A DNA stretch of 64,000 nt from Ranitomeya imitator (Eukaryota), in NCBI RefSeq assembly GCF_032444005.1, contig NC_091282.1, positions 305,164,001 through 305,228,000 of the forward strand. The letters run 5' to 3'. The position numbers and the translations under genes are program-made. Under the pieces are notes generated by a model that was given only the letters and a program-made list of their open reading frames with translations, ran no database searches and had not been told where the DNA came from. Below are positions 23,601-64,000 of the stretch, piece by piece; within the stretch, counting starts at the first letter, position 1; each line of letters begins with the position of its first letter.

Positions 23601-26600
23601 TTTTTATACAATTTTATATATTTTTATACATACTCTGCTGAGAGGGCTGATGTGCCTATATAACACTATATACGTTTATTTCTCCTTCGCCTCATTGGGG
23701 GACACAGACCGTGGGTGTTTGCTGCTGCCACCAGGAGGCTGACACTAAGTAATACAAAGAAAGTGATCTCCTCCCCTGCAGTATACACCCTCCTGCTGGC
23801 CCCCAGCTAACCAGTTCTTGCTTAGTGTCCCTAGGAAGCACACGGACGGGTCTGCTATTCAGACCCAAAGAACTCTTTTTACTTTAACCTTATACAACGG
23901 ACGAAGGGAGCGACGGATTCTTTCATGTTCCGATCTCTCCCGAACCAACAACAGGCGAGCACGGGAGTTTCATCTCTCCGTATCCTCTCCTGCGACGTGG
24001 GAAGCCACTGCTTGAGCTGATTTTAGGGGCGACGGGCCCCTTCTAGGGCACCGATCTCCCTCCTCCCTTATCAGACGAGCACTGGAGTTTCACCTTCAGT
24101 ATCCTCTTCTGCAGCCAGGCCTATTGCCGGACATTCAGCCCTGCCCACCAGGTTTTACCCTCGGCTGTACAGAGGCACCTTCCAGCGTGGCGTCCGAGCA
24201 GCCCCCACTGCATCACCACTGAAAAAGCGGATGATGGAAGGAGGCAGACGGTTCCTCTCCACCTCCCTGCTAAAGGAACGATGGATTGAGGACTTTTCTT
24301 ATCCCTGCACCGTCCAAACAGCAGCAACAGCACAGGATCTTTTCTCTACCTCTGACCTGCTGAACAAAGCTGCATACTGGGGTAAGTGCTGGGACTCGAG
24401 CGGTTGGAGGGCTCTGCGCATCTGGCGGTTTATTCCCTCGTTCGGCGCCAGCTGGCTTAAAAAATTTAGCCCACGGCTTCGGGTTTGTGTAGGCCGCAAC
24501 CCGGAACTCTTCAGGCTCCGCCCCCCTATTCAGGCGCCTCTCATTCAGGATGAGAGCTCTATTCTCGGCGGCCATCTTCTTCCTCCTGCCATTTCCGGAC
24601 ACGAGCTCATCCGGAAGTGGCTGCTGCATCGCATCGGCGGTACTCAGCGCTGAACTCAGCGCTATTCCAGACGGGGGACTCAGAATCTCGGTAAGGAGAA
24701 TCCTCCCTCCGCACCCCTTCCCCGCACGCACCCCGGCAGCATAAAGGGACTAGCGTTCCCTCTTTTTTAATACTTAACACCTGCAATCTCTCCAGCAGCC
24801 TCTGGTCTTAAAGGCACAGGTCTTAAGGGTACATGACCGCATTCCCTGGCCTTAAAGACACATGCCCCTTATAGGTACATGTCCAGCTTTCCATGGCTTT
24901 AACACATGACCAGCATCCCTGGTCTTAAAGGTTCCCTAGTTTTTATAAAGGGGCACATTACCAGCATTCTCTGCTCTTTAAGTCATGACCAGCCAGGAGC
25001 CGGTCACCTTCCACAGAGTACTTAGTTCAAATGAGCTCAGGAGCCCTCCGCCGCCGCCGATCCCGGCTCTTCCCAGAGTACCTGGTTCCCCTCAGGGGCT
25101 TCACCTCTGGCATAATCTTTGAAAAATGCCCCGGTCTTAAAGGCACATGACCAGTATTCCTGGTCTTAAAGGCACGTGACCAGTATTCCTGGTCTTAAAG
25201 GTACGTGACCTGTATTCCCTGGTCTTAAAGGCGCATGACCAGTATTCCTTAGTCTTAAGGGCACATGTCCAGTATTACCTGGTCTTAAAGGCACATGACC
25301 AGTATGTCCTGGTCTTAAAGGCACATGACCAGTATGCCCTGGTTTTACGGGCACATGACCAGTATGCCCTGGTCTTAAAGGAACATGACCAGTATGCCCT
25401 GGTTTTACGGGCACATGACCAGTATGCCCTGGTCTTAAAGGCACATGACCAGTATGCCCTGGTTTTACGGGCACATGACCAGTATGCCCTGGTCTTAAAG
25501 GAACATGACCAGTATGCCCTGGTCTTAAAGGCACATGGCCAGTATGCCCTGGACTTAAAGGCACATGACCAGTATGCCCTGGTCTTAAAGGCATGTGACC
25601 AATATTCCCTGGTCTTAAGGGCACATGACCAGTATGCCCTGGTCGTAAAAGCACATGACCAGTATGCCCTGGTTTTATAGGATCATGACCAGTATGCCCT
25701 GGTCTTAAAGGCACGTGACCAATATCCCCTGGTCTTAAGGGCACATGACCAGTATGCCCTGGTCGTAAAAGCATATGACCAGTATGGCCTGGTCTTAAAG
25801 GCACATAACCAGTATGCCCTGGTTTTAAAGGCACATGACCAGTATGTCCTCGATTTAAAGGTACATGACAAGTATGTCCTGGTTCTTAAAGGCACATGAC
25901 CAGTAGGCCCTGGTTCTTAAAGGCACATGACCAGTATTCCCTGGTCTTAAAGGCACACGACCAGTATTCCCTAGTCTTAAAGGCGCATGACCAGTATTTA
26001 CTGGTCTCAAGAGAACATCATCAATCCGAGGCTGGTCACCCTAACTGAGCTCTGGAGCCTTCCGCCGCTCATCCCCTAACCACAACCCATGGTTTCTCTG
26101 ACAAGATATGGAATCCCTCTGTGAACCCTCTGTGGCTCGGAGTGCTCGCAGGACCGATATACATGGTCCCTCTCCTACATGGGAGCCGTCGGCTAGCAGG
26201 GGCCGCAAGTGTTCTATGAAATCGTACAGGCGTCTAGAAAACGGAAGTTTTCACTTCCTGATCTCTCCCCTATGATTTGTTGAGTACAACGCTGAATATG
26301 GATCGCATATTGCCTTGGATTGCCAGAGCTTCAGCAAAAGAGGGACTCTCCTATTTATACCATCAACAAATTGACGAGTGATTCACTGGACAGAAGCCTC
26401 TAAGTAGGTTGCCATACCTGGTCTGTTTTTTATGGGCGACGGGTCCTTTAAAAGGCACCGTTTCCCCCCCCCCCCACATCTTCAACACACGAACACATGC
26501 AGTGTCGCCTCCATGTATCCTCTTCTGCATCCAGGCCTAACGCCAGACAGCCTGCCCTGTCCACCCGGGGCCCTCAACTCTGGGGATGTACAGAGGCACT

Positions 26601-29600
26601 TATTTTTGGCGTCCGAGCACCCCCCTTTGTATCACCACTATTCAGCGGATGATGCAAGAAAGCGGACGATCCCTCTCCACGTCCCTGTTAAGAGGATGAT
26701 GAATCGAGGGTTCCTAATTTTCTACTCTGCACGACGATGGCAAGAGACCTGCTGGTTGCAGCCCCGCTTTTTGCCACTTGGCAGACTAATCGGGTAGAAT
26801 TTCTTGTGGTATACCTACCAGTATCTCCGCCCGATGTATCATCAATTAAAATACCACAGACGGTCGGATAGCAAATCTGGTGCGTTCCGTCTTGTGGTTT
26901 TGGGTTCAGCGCTCTCCACCACATGGGTTGCTTGACCAATAGTCTCCTGGTCAGAGACCTTAACTACTTCGATTCAAATCAAATCTTCTGAGCGGGAGAC
27001 TAACAAGGGATCGTGTCTTTTCTACAGACCCATCCAGCAGTGGAAGCGTTGTCCAGGACAGTCTAGATCTAAGGAATCTTGGTTTCAAAAAGGAGGCAAC
27101 GAAAAGTAAGATCATTCCTGGACCTCAAACTTCTAACAACCTTTCACAGGCTCCTCCATTTTCAGATGGAGTTCCTCCGCTCAGCCATCGACATTCGGGA
27201 TTCTTACCCTCACATGCCTATTTTTTCCCCTCTACAATAATCTCTTCGCCTTTCCATTCGCGAACAGCAAGGGACATAGCGGTGGTCATGTGCTTCTTGC
27301 ATCCTAGAAGCATAGTTGTCCTGCCCTACTTGGTCGACTTTCTAGCCGCTCTTCAAGGACCACGCTGAGTCGTTTATATCACTTGCAATACCCTCTCACT
27401 TGGGCTAGCAGCTAAACTTAGACAAGTTTTTCCTCATTCCCAGCCCAGCAGATCCTCTTTCAGGATGATCCTGCACAAGAAGGATGTTGATTCTCTCTCG
27501 AGTCAAGGTCGTGGCCCTTCAACAGGGAGCTTGTGCACTTGATCTCTCATTCTCTCGGTTCATTCAATTCGCTAGTCGGGTTCTGAGGAAAAAGTCGACA
27601 ATGGAAGAAGTATCTTTCGCTCCTCTCATTTGCAGCAAGTGAATCAGGCTTTCAAAGTTAGTCTCTAAGCTCCATCCTCATCCAGAGCCTTCTCCTGGTC
27701 CAATAGTTATTAGGGAATCCCGATGCCAGTCTTCTTCTCCCGATCATTTCTCTGGACATCCGAACGGTACGGCTAATCCTACAGCAGGTCCACTGCCTTT
27801 AGATGGATCAACCATCCGTCTTCAATTGGACAATGCCACGGCTGTACCATACGTCAATCTAGCAGGTACCCACAGTCAAGCGCCATGGCCGAGGTACCTC
27901 GCCCTCTGATGGGCTGAGATCTATCATTCGGTGATCTCAACAGTACATATCCCTGGAGTAGAACACTGGGCGGCTGACATATTCAGCCGTCAGGGTTTCT
28001 CCTCAAGTGAGTGGGAACTTCACTCGGAAGTCTTCCTTCAGATCTGCCTTCACTGGAGTACTCCAGTTGTAGGTCGGATGGCGTCCAAGCTGAACGCCAA
28101 TGTACTCCAGTTCATGGGTTGGCCTCGAGATCAGAGACCATCGCAGTGCATGCTCGGTTCTTCCATGGTACCAATTTCCATATCCCCTCTTCCACTACAT
28201 CTAAGGTCCTTTTGGAAGCAGAAAGGGCCCCAGTGATCCCGGGAGACCCGCACTGACCATGTTAGGTTTTCTCACTTGCGGTGATAGTATTTTTCCGTCT
28301 TAGTTCGACAAAACTGGAAATATGGTCTTTCTCGCAGGGAGCCTTCACCTGTAGTTCTTCCCTACCGCGTACCGTTAGATCTGTGGGACCTTAATGGTCC
28401 TGGGGATCTTACAGTAGACTCCTTTTTCGATCCAGAAAGACTTTACTATCAGGGAAGGTCTCTCCCCTTTTTTTCTCTGCGTTCTTGTCTTCCGGATGAG
28501 TCTTCAGAGCTCCCCGCTCTGTTTTCTTTCAGCCTTTTTTTCTTATTACCATCAAAGCAAGGTTGCCCTCAAGCCATCCCCTTCGCTCGTTGCCAAGGTG
28601 GTTTTGTATTCCCACTGTTGCAGGAGCATCGTCCTCTCATCTCCTTCGGCTTCAGTCCACAAGACGGAAGGGGTTCTCCATAATCTGGAAGAAGTAAGTG
28701 CTCCGAGCGGGTACGTATCGAGGACGGCGTCCTTCCGAAGGTTGGACACTTTACTTGGGCTTCTCGATGGTAAGTAGGCTTCCTGACGGTCTCAGGAAGT
28801 GTTTAACCGTTTCATCGGCCATGTTAGCCTGGTGGATTCTTTTCACCATCCAGGAGTACTTCCGTGCTAGATGTTAGCCTATCTCCCTGTCTGAGGGCTC
28901 TAGACACCAGACGTCGGAAGCACGACCGCAAGCTTACGAATTCCGCCAGTCCGCAGGCATTCTTGCAGCACTATAATTCACACACTTCCACAGAGGTGAG
29001 TCTGGGCAGGTGGACTTTGCAGGCCACGGTGGCGCACTTGTCAGTAGCGGTTCCACGGCCTGATCTGATGTTGTCCCCACCCAGGGACTGCTTTGGGACG
29101 TCCCATGGTCTGTGTCCCCCAATGAGGCGAAGGAGAAATAGGGATTTTTGTGTACTCACCGTAAAATCCTTTTCTCCGAGCCATTCATTGGGGGACACAG
29201 CTCCCTCCCTGTTATTAGTTTCTACTTGTTTTTATCATTTGATATGTTATACTCTCCTATATATTGTGACATGCTATACGCTTATATGTTCTAATTGATC
29301 TCCTACTGCTTTTGCACCGAACTGGTTAGCTGGGGGCCAGCAGGAGGGTGTATACTGCAGGGGAGGAGCTAACTTTCTTTGTATTACTTAGTGTCAGCCT
29401 CCTGGTGGCAGCAGCATACACCCATGGTCTGTGTCCCCCAATGAATGGCTCGGAGAAAAGGATTTTACGGTGAGTACACAAAAATCCCTATTATATAGTA
29501 TCCAAATTTGGATCGTAGTGGGTATAGAGAGACGAAAAAATAACTCAAGATTTTCATCGTGCCTAATCAGGTAAAACTATAGACACTAATTAGAATTAGC

Positions 29601-31557
29601 CGATAACCGTAATAATAGAGACTTCTCTCCTGAACACTGCTTTATATAAACAAAAAGGGAATTATATCCAGCGCAGATATATTATTATTTTTTTATTATT
29701 TCTAGTATGACACGGGTAAGTGGTGCGTTGTGAATATCTGCTTACAGGAAACTAGTTGAGCAAGTGCCACTGGTATTGAAATACCAATTCTCTATAATAT
29801 ATACATACCTTTTTTTTTTTTTTTTACAGAAATCTAAAAAATGACCCTGAAGTTCAAATCCCTAACTTTTTTTTCCCCAATTAAAAATAAAAGTTGTGTT
29901 GCTGTTTCACTAAGTCAGATCTATCAAAATATAAAATTAAACGGCATAAGAAAAAAATTCAAACCGCCAGAATAGGTTTTTTTTTTTTTGTATTTGCAGA
30001 AAATGAAAAAATGCAACAACAAGCAGTTAAAATGTCGTATCTGCCCCAAAACGGTATTTTAAAAAAACGCCACAAAGCTCACCACTTAAATAAAAAATTT
30101 GTACATACTTGGTATCTCTGTAATCAAACTGAGCTGGCAAGTCATGTCCACAAGTTATTTTTTTTTTTTAATCAAAGTATGAATACGGTTATTTTGTATC
30201 ATTTGAAATATCACTGCATTTGAATTTTTGTTTTTTTTTCTGTAAAACGAATAGTGCCATTCAAAACTACAACTTCTCCCACAAAAAAAAAAAACACCAA
30301 ACCTCATAGATCTGTATAGACAGATAAATACTGAGCTCCATCACTCGAGACAAATCTTACCGTTTTCGTGCAGACGACGATCATCCAACTTGCGTGCCTT
30401 TCCTAGGACATCGTCAGTGTCACATACCAGTTATTACAAATAGTTTGTGACAAGTCTTATTTTATTTATTGTTCGGTTTGTTAGATTATATAAAGTGCAG
30501 CTTACATTGTGTAACGCTATATAAATATTAATGTATATACATCGTATCATCTTCCACACTGATTTATCTATTCCGGAGGTCTGGATTGAGGTCTTTTTAG
30601 AGGGGGATTACATGGCAGCGATGAAATGATTCTTGCTGTTTTAGCTAGATTTTGTATACTCCACATTGCTTCTAGGAGAGTCTTACTGTAGGACAGGGAA
30701 AGCTATTCCCTGCACTGTCCAATGGTGGAGGAAGAAAAGTAGCAATCTCTCGAGTATTTTAGTTCCTTTAGTGCCTGAGGGCGTCTCACGCTGCAGTAAA
30801 GATTCACCACGTTTCATGTAATGAATCTTCGACCTGTATACCGTTTCGAAAGGATTGTTCAGCCACAGCTTGACTGAAAAAATGCTCATTGTAATATCAC
30901 GATTATCCAACCATTTTGAAATTTGTTTTTAAAGTAAGTTCACCAGCCTCAACAGGTCTAAGAGATCTGTTAATTAATGGAAGCAGTTTGTATAGTGAGA
31001 TCTTGTACCAGATCCTCTTTAAATGTAGTATTTCACATAACTGTTCTTCAGGGTTGTTATTTTTTTTCATCCACTCGTTGTCTACTAAATAATTGCAATT
31101 TTTCACAAAATTCTTTTCCTTTTCATCTCTGCCTGGCAGTGAGGACAGTGAAGAGGAGAAACAGAGAAGATGTCGGGAAGCTGCTGTGTCGGGTTTTGAT
31201 ATTCTGAGAAGCAGTGCATTGCAGACAATCCCAGTGGAGATCGTCGATACAGCCAACAATAACCAAAAGAAGAAGAAGAAGAAAAAGACGAAAAGAGGAC
31301 TGACTGATGAGGCTGATGACCAAAGCATGGAGTCCAAAGGTAAGATAAATGTGTTTAAAAAGAAGAAAAAGAGAGAAAGAAGAACAAGTGACGAGACTCA
31401 TTCCAAAGAGCAGATTGAAATGCAGTCTAAAAAGAATAAAAGTGGATCAGACCATAATAATACCGTGGACGCTGTAGTGGATGGATCTAAGAAGAAAAAG
31501 AAGGAAATAGGATTGAATAAAGATGCTGCATCTGAGCAGAATGTCAATCCGTACTAA
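11445..31557 (+). CDS. C12orf43: Protein CUSTOS (C12orf43 homolog), complete CDS: join(11445..11538,15235..15298,15739..15837,15919..15992,21777..21867,31140..31557), 840 nt, 279 aa
   Basis: Motifs MAAP...[68 protein letters not shown] and a Lys-rich tail match recalled CUSTOS; all junctions GT-AG and in phase; adjacent to HNF1A as in human. Confidence 0.93.
11760..12071 (+). mobile_element. 3' end of an L2/CR1-clade LINE
   Basis: Ends GTAAAGCGCTGCGGAATATGTTGGCGCTATATAAATAAA(ATT)n, the SINE tail but with a non-SINE body; 5' limit approximate. Confidence 0.65.
12110..13092 (+). mobile_element. Fossil Tc1 transposase fragment
   Basis: [11 protein letters not shown] at 12534 and degenerate [16 protein letters not shown] near 12770; many stops. 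Confidence 0.75.
13775..13880 (+). mobile_element. Tc1 transposase C-terminal fragment
   Basis: [14 protein letters not shown] resembles the end of the 39809 transposase. Confidence 0.7.
14219..14576. mobile_element. T2/Kolobok-type MITE
   Basis: AGAGGTCGTCCACTACTT / AAGTAGTGGTCAACCTCT, (C/T)TAA flanks. Confidence 0.85.
15235..15298 (+). CDS. C12orf43: CUSTOS exon 2 ([22 protein letters not shown])
   Basis: cttacag| ... |gtatgt, 64 nt, phases fit both neighbours, ends in conserved PSLR. Confidence 0.85.
15313..15673. mobile_element. T2/Kolobok-type MITE filling most of CUSTOS intron 2
   Basis: TTAA flanks, GTCCACTACTCAGACA TIR core, palindromic body. Confidence 0.85.
15739..15837 (+). CDS. 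C12orf43: CUSTOS exon 3 ([32 protein letters not shown])
   Basis: tttgtag| ... |gtaatc, 99 nt, the most conserved block. Confidence 0.95.
15919..15992 (+). CDS. C12orf43: CUSTOS exon 4
   Basis: ttcag| ... |gtaaat, 74 nt, in phase. Confidence 0.9.
16660..16928 (-). mobile_element. V-SINE-like element
   Basis: tRNA-like head, V-domain-like core and tail as in 18620-18884. Confidence 0.88.
17863..18497. mobile_element. T2/Kolobok-type MITE, near-perfect 635-bp palindrome
   Basis: TTAA TSD; same family as 6375-6915. Confidence 0.92.
18620..18884 (+). mobile_element. V-SINE-like element
   Basis: A-box-like GCTCAGTGG, B box GGTTCAAATCC (18663-73), V-domain-like core, (ATT)n tail. Confidence 0.9.
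19620..20650 (+). mobile_element. Probable Penelope-like/retrozyme non-coding remnant carrying the hammerhead
   Basis: Inferred from the hammerhead type, an upstream CpG/CCGGAA-rich segment and downstream degenerate repeats; no RT or GIY-YIG ORF recognised; boundaries approximate. Confidence 0.45.
19810..19862 (+). ncRNA. Minimal type I hammerhead ribozyme (Penelope/retrozyme type)
   Basis: CATCCC-CTGATGA-GCCCCG(12-nt loop)CGGGGT-GAAA-CGCG-TC-GGGATG: intact core CUGAUGA/GAAA/GUC, 6-bp stem I, 6-bp stem II, helix III reduced to the palindrome ACGCGU. Confidence 0.85.
20812..21226. mobile_element. PIF/Harbinger-type MITE
   Basis: Long TIR GGGTACCGTCACACAGTGGCATTTTGATCG..., TTA TSD. Confidence 0.92.
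21777..21867 (+). CDS. C12orf43: CUSTOS exon 5 ([30 protein letters not shown])
   Basis: tttaag| ... |gtatac, 91 nt. Confidence 0.92.
21951..22326. mobile_element. PIF/Harbinger-type MITE, diverged
   Basis: GGCTAGCTTCACAC.../...GAAACCAGCC, TTA TSD, palindromic body. Confidence 0.8.
23679..29492 (+). mobile_element. DIRS1-type tyrosine-recombinase retrotransposon, degenerate ORFs
   Basis: Inverted termini 23679-23817 / 29319-29492; internal complementary region ~29103-29200 matching the outer ends of both ITRs; RT (PYLVDF), RNase H ([15 protein letters not shown]; [16 protein letters not shown]) and YR remnants broken by many indels. Confidence 0.93.
24820..26010 (+). repeat. 30-bp minisatellite (GCACATGACCAGTATGCCCTGGTCTTAAAG)n in the DIRS gag region
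   Basis: Exact 30-bp period over 25260-25860, degenerate at both edges with some 29/31-bp units; source of ORF 25166..25834. Confidence 0.95.
31140..31557 (+). CDS. C12orf43: CUSTOS last exon, Lys-rich C-terminus
   Basis: ggcag| acceptor, frame of ORF 31093..31557, several poly-K NLS-like runs, TAA stop. Confidence 0.94.
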
Positions 31558-31888
31558 AAATAAGAAAAAGAAGTCGTGGAACATTGTAATGTATGTGACT
31601 GACACGGATATCAATGGCTCATCTCGGGAAATCCTTTGTGTTTGATAAAGACACATCTAGTTTTGTATTGACAGGTTAATCCTCGGTGGTTTCAGCCACG
31701 TTCCCAGTCCGCATGTACGCTAGAATAGGTACACGGTAGCCATTCTGCACGAGCCAGACATCCGAGGCAGAGGGTGATAGTCTTTATGTCTCGCAACCTG
31801 TGTCTGGCAATGACTGTTTATATCGTGCACATCCTTTACTATGAGTCCAAGGAATGTACTGGCAGGTAGAGCAATGGTCGCAGGTCTT

Positions 31889-62414
<30,526 letters not shown>

Positions 62415-62604
62415 CCTTAATGTTACCTGCTAACATCTCACCATCCTGCGGTTGCAATAGGGATCAGCAGGCGGGAGCCCATGCTCTACCCACCTTCTGT
62501 CTCCTCCTCCCCCCCAAAAAATACTTGCTCTGCGGCCTCAACCAGCAAGTGGTCACCCCCCGGACTGTCTTCACTGAGACATAGCAGATAAGGGACCCTT
62601 GTCA

Positions 62605-62690
62605 CTCTCTGTTTACATCAGAGCAGTGTAAATCCTCCAAGGTTCATATTTATCCCTGCGCTTCACAAGTTACTGAACTTTGGACCCCAA
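62605..62690 (-). promoter_or_regulatory. HNF1A proximal promoter: HNF4 DR1 site (62674-62687), TATA-like GATAAATA (62647-62654), FOXA-type TGTTTAC (62610-62616)
   Basis: - strand GGGTCCAAAGTTCA, then GGGATAAATATGAACCTTGGAG and ATGTAAACAGA, blocks I recall as near-identical in the mammalian HNF1A promoter. Confidence 0.8.
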
Positions 62691-63352
62691 CTCTGCACAA
62701 AGTGCATGTGTGAGAGAGGGGGGAGAGAAAGGGAAGAGCGAATAAGAGGAAATAAAGACAAGAGAGTAGGAAAGCCAAAATCAGGGATTAAAACAAGAAA
62801 AATCTAAAGAACGAAGATTATTGAGATTATAGATAACCAATTCAAGGTTGTGGTGGGAGTGGTTAGAAGCCATGAAATTATACCCTGGTGATTGAATCGG
62901 CTTAATCTAGTCCCTACACCAATGGTGCCCAATATGTCCACACCACAGACCACTTACTGAAATATCAGACGATGAGTGCCCCCTAAAGACTTGACATACA
63001 CTGTTGGGGTATATGTACTACAGGTTGGAAACTGGGACCCCACCCTAAAGTGGCTGGGAATATTTTTTACATTTTGGAGCTAAAAATTTTTTGCAATTGG
63101 GTTTTAAATGCTGTGTGCTGCCCTACGGTATGGCTGGTTACAGAATGAGTTATCTGAAAATCTGTCAGTGACCTTGTTCTGATGGGAGACTTTGTAGCTC
63201 TTTTATCTGTCTCTTTCTGATTTGCTCTCAGCTGATTTATGACCAGAGACCACATCAAAGTTGAATGTGCAGGTAAAACTCACAGTGCAAAATAATGTAA
63301 TGAACACAAAATTGTAAACAATGGATTTTTACCCCCAAACACATGCATTTAA

Positions 63353-63868
63353 AGGGTTATTCCCATCTTCAGATGGATATTGTCAGAGCAGCATTATAAA
63401 AACAAGCACTGCTTATTAACATTTTCAGCCATTCATAAGATTTTTTTTTTCTTTTCTACAGTTTATTACCACTACTGTCTACCTTATAAGCACTGCACTT
63501 AAGATGCCAGGATTAGGGCTCATTCAGACATCCGTGCAAATCGGTATAGAAATCTATGAAGCTGTTGTGCTACGTCCAGAGACCTGCGGCCAGTCTGATT
63601 TGCACGGACGTCTGAATTAGTCGTTAAGAGGTAACATTGACCTCCAGCGATCCTGTTCAGCTTTAAAAAAAAAAAAAAGTGCTTACAAATTGGTTGTCAA
63701 CACTGCATGTTTTGCTGTCTAGGAGAGGTGGTCGGTCTCTAAGGCAACAAACTGTAAACAATAGAAAGGGTTTCATATCTCAAGAAGGTATTAAAAATTT
63801 AATAAGCAGAAAATTTGGTTAACAAGCACTATCCAATAATACCCATATATGAGGATGGGAATAACCCT
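63353..63868. mobile_element. T2/Kolobok-type MITE with a nested Harbinger-like MITE remnant (~63515-63625)
   Basis: TTAA|AGGGTTATTCCCATC ... GATGGGAATAACCCT|TTAA. Confidence 0.8.
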
Positions 63869-64000
63869 TTAAGTAAAAAAGCCCCCTAGAGTAAACAACC
63901 CCCTTAACGACATAGCACCTCACTGTCAGTAGAATATATTGTGTGCAGCATCATACTGTAATTTCAATTATTAATCAACTTTTTCTTAAATGGAAATAAG

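Larger units (their letters stand above)
23118..29684. repeat. 105-bp perfect inverted repeat pair (23118-23222 / 29580-29684) of a small host element interrupted by the DIRS
   Basis: Arms compared base by base and are identical; no TSD seen. Confidence 0.9.

Noticed and set aside
25166-25834. 222-aa [10 protein letters not shown]-repeat ORF on the - strand as a novel gene
   Set aside because: By-product of a 30-bp repeat, antisense to the DIRS, with no exon context.

Overview
Vertebrate genomic DNA, almost certainly an anuran amphibian (inferred from the Xenopus-type HNF1A N-terminus, T2/Kolobok-type MITEs, V-SINEs and DIRS1 families). Three spliced genes can be rebuilt completely from GT-AG boundaries and protein homology: RNF185 (- strand, 6 coding exons, 190 aa), C12orf43/CUSTOS (+ strand, 6 exons, 279 aa) and HNF1A (- strand, 9 exons, 593 aa). 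RNF185 and CUSTOS are head-to-head at a CpG-rich promoter; CUSTOS and HNF1A are tail-to-tail with 331 bp between stop codons. The introns are packed with mobile DNA: two DIRS1-type tyrosine-recombinase retrotransposons with complete ITR/ICR architecture, an apparently intact DD34E Tc1 element between two assembly gaps, a 5.45-kb TTAA-flanked piggyBac-like composite carrying telomeric repeats and a ~387-bp tandem array, two inverted non-autonomous Helitrons, many Harbinger-, T2/Kolobok- and hAT-type MITEs, V-SINEs, an L2-like 3' end and a probable solo LTR. The most interesting observations are a minimal type I hammerhead ribozyme in sense orientation in CUSTOS intron 4, recurrent near-perfect U1-complementary splice motifs in the arms of several unrelated TE families, probable antisense overlap of the HNF1A 3' UTR with the last CUSTOS exon, and a DIRS with good cis-ends but dead ORFs nested inside a 105-bp perfect inverted repeat. 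Coordinates were counted by hand; family names come from recalled motifs, not database searches.
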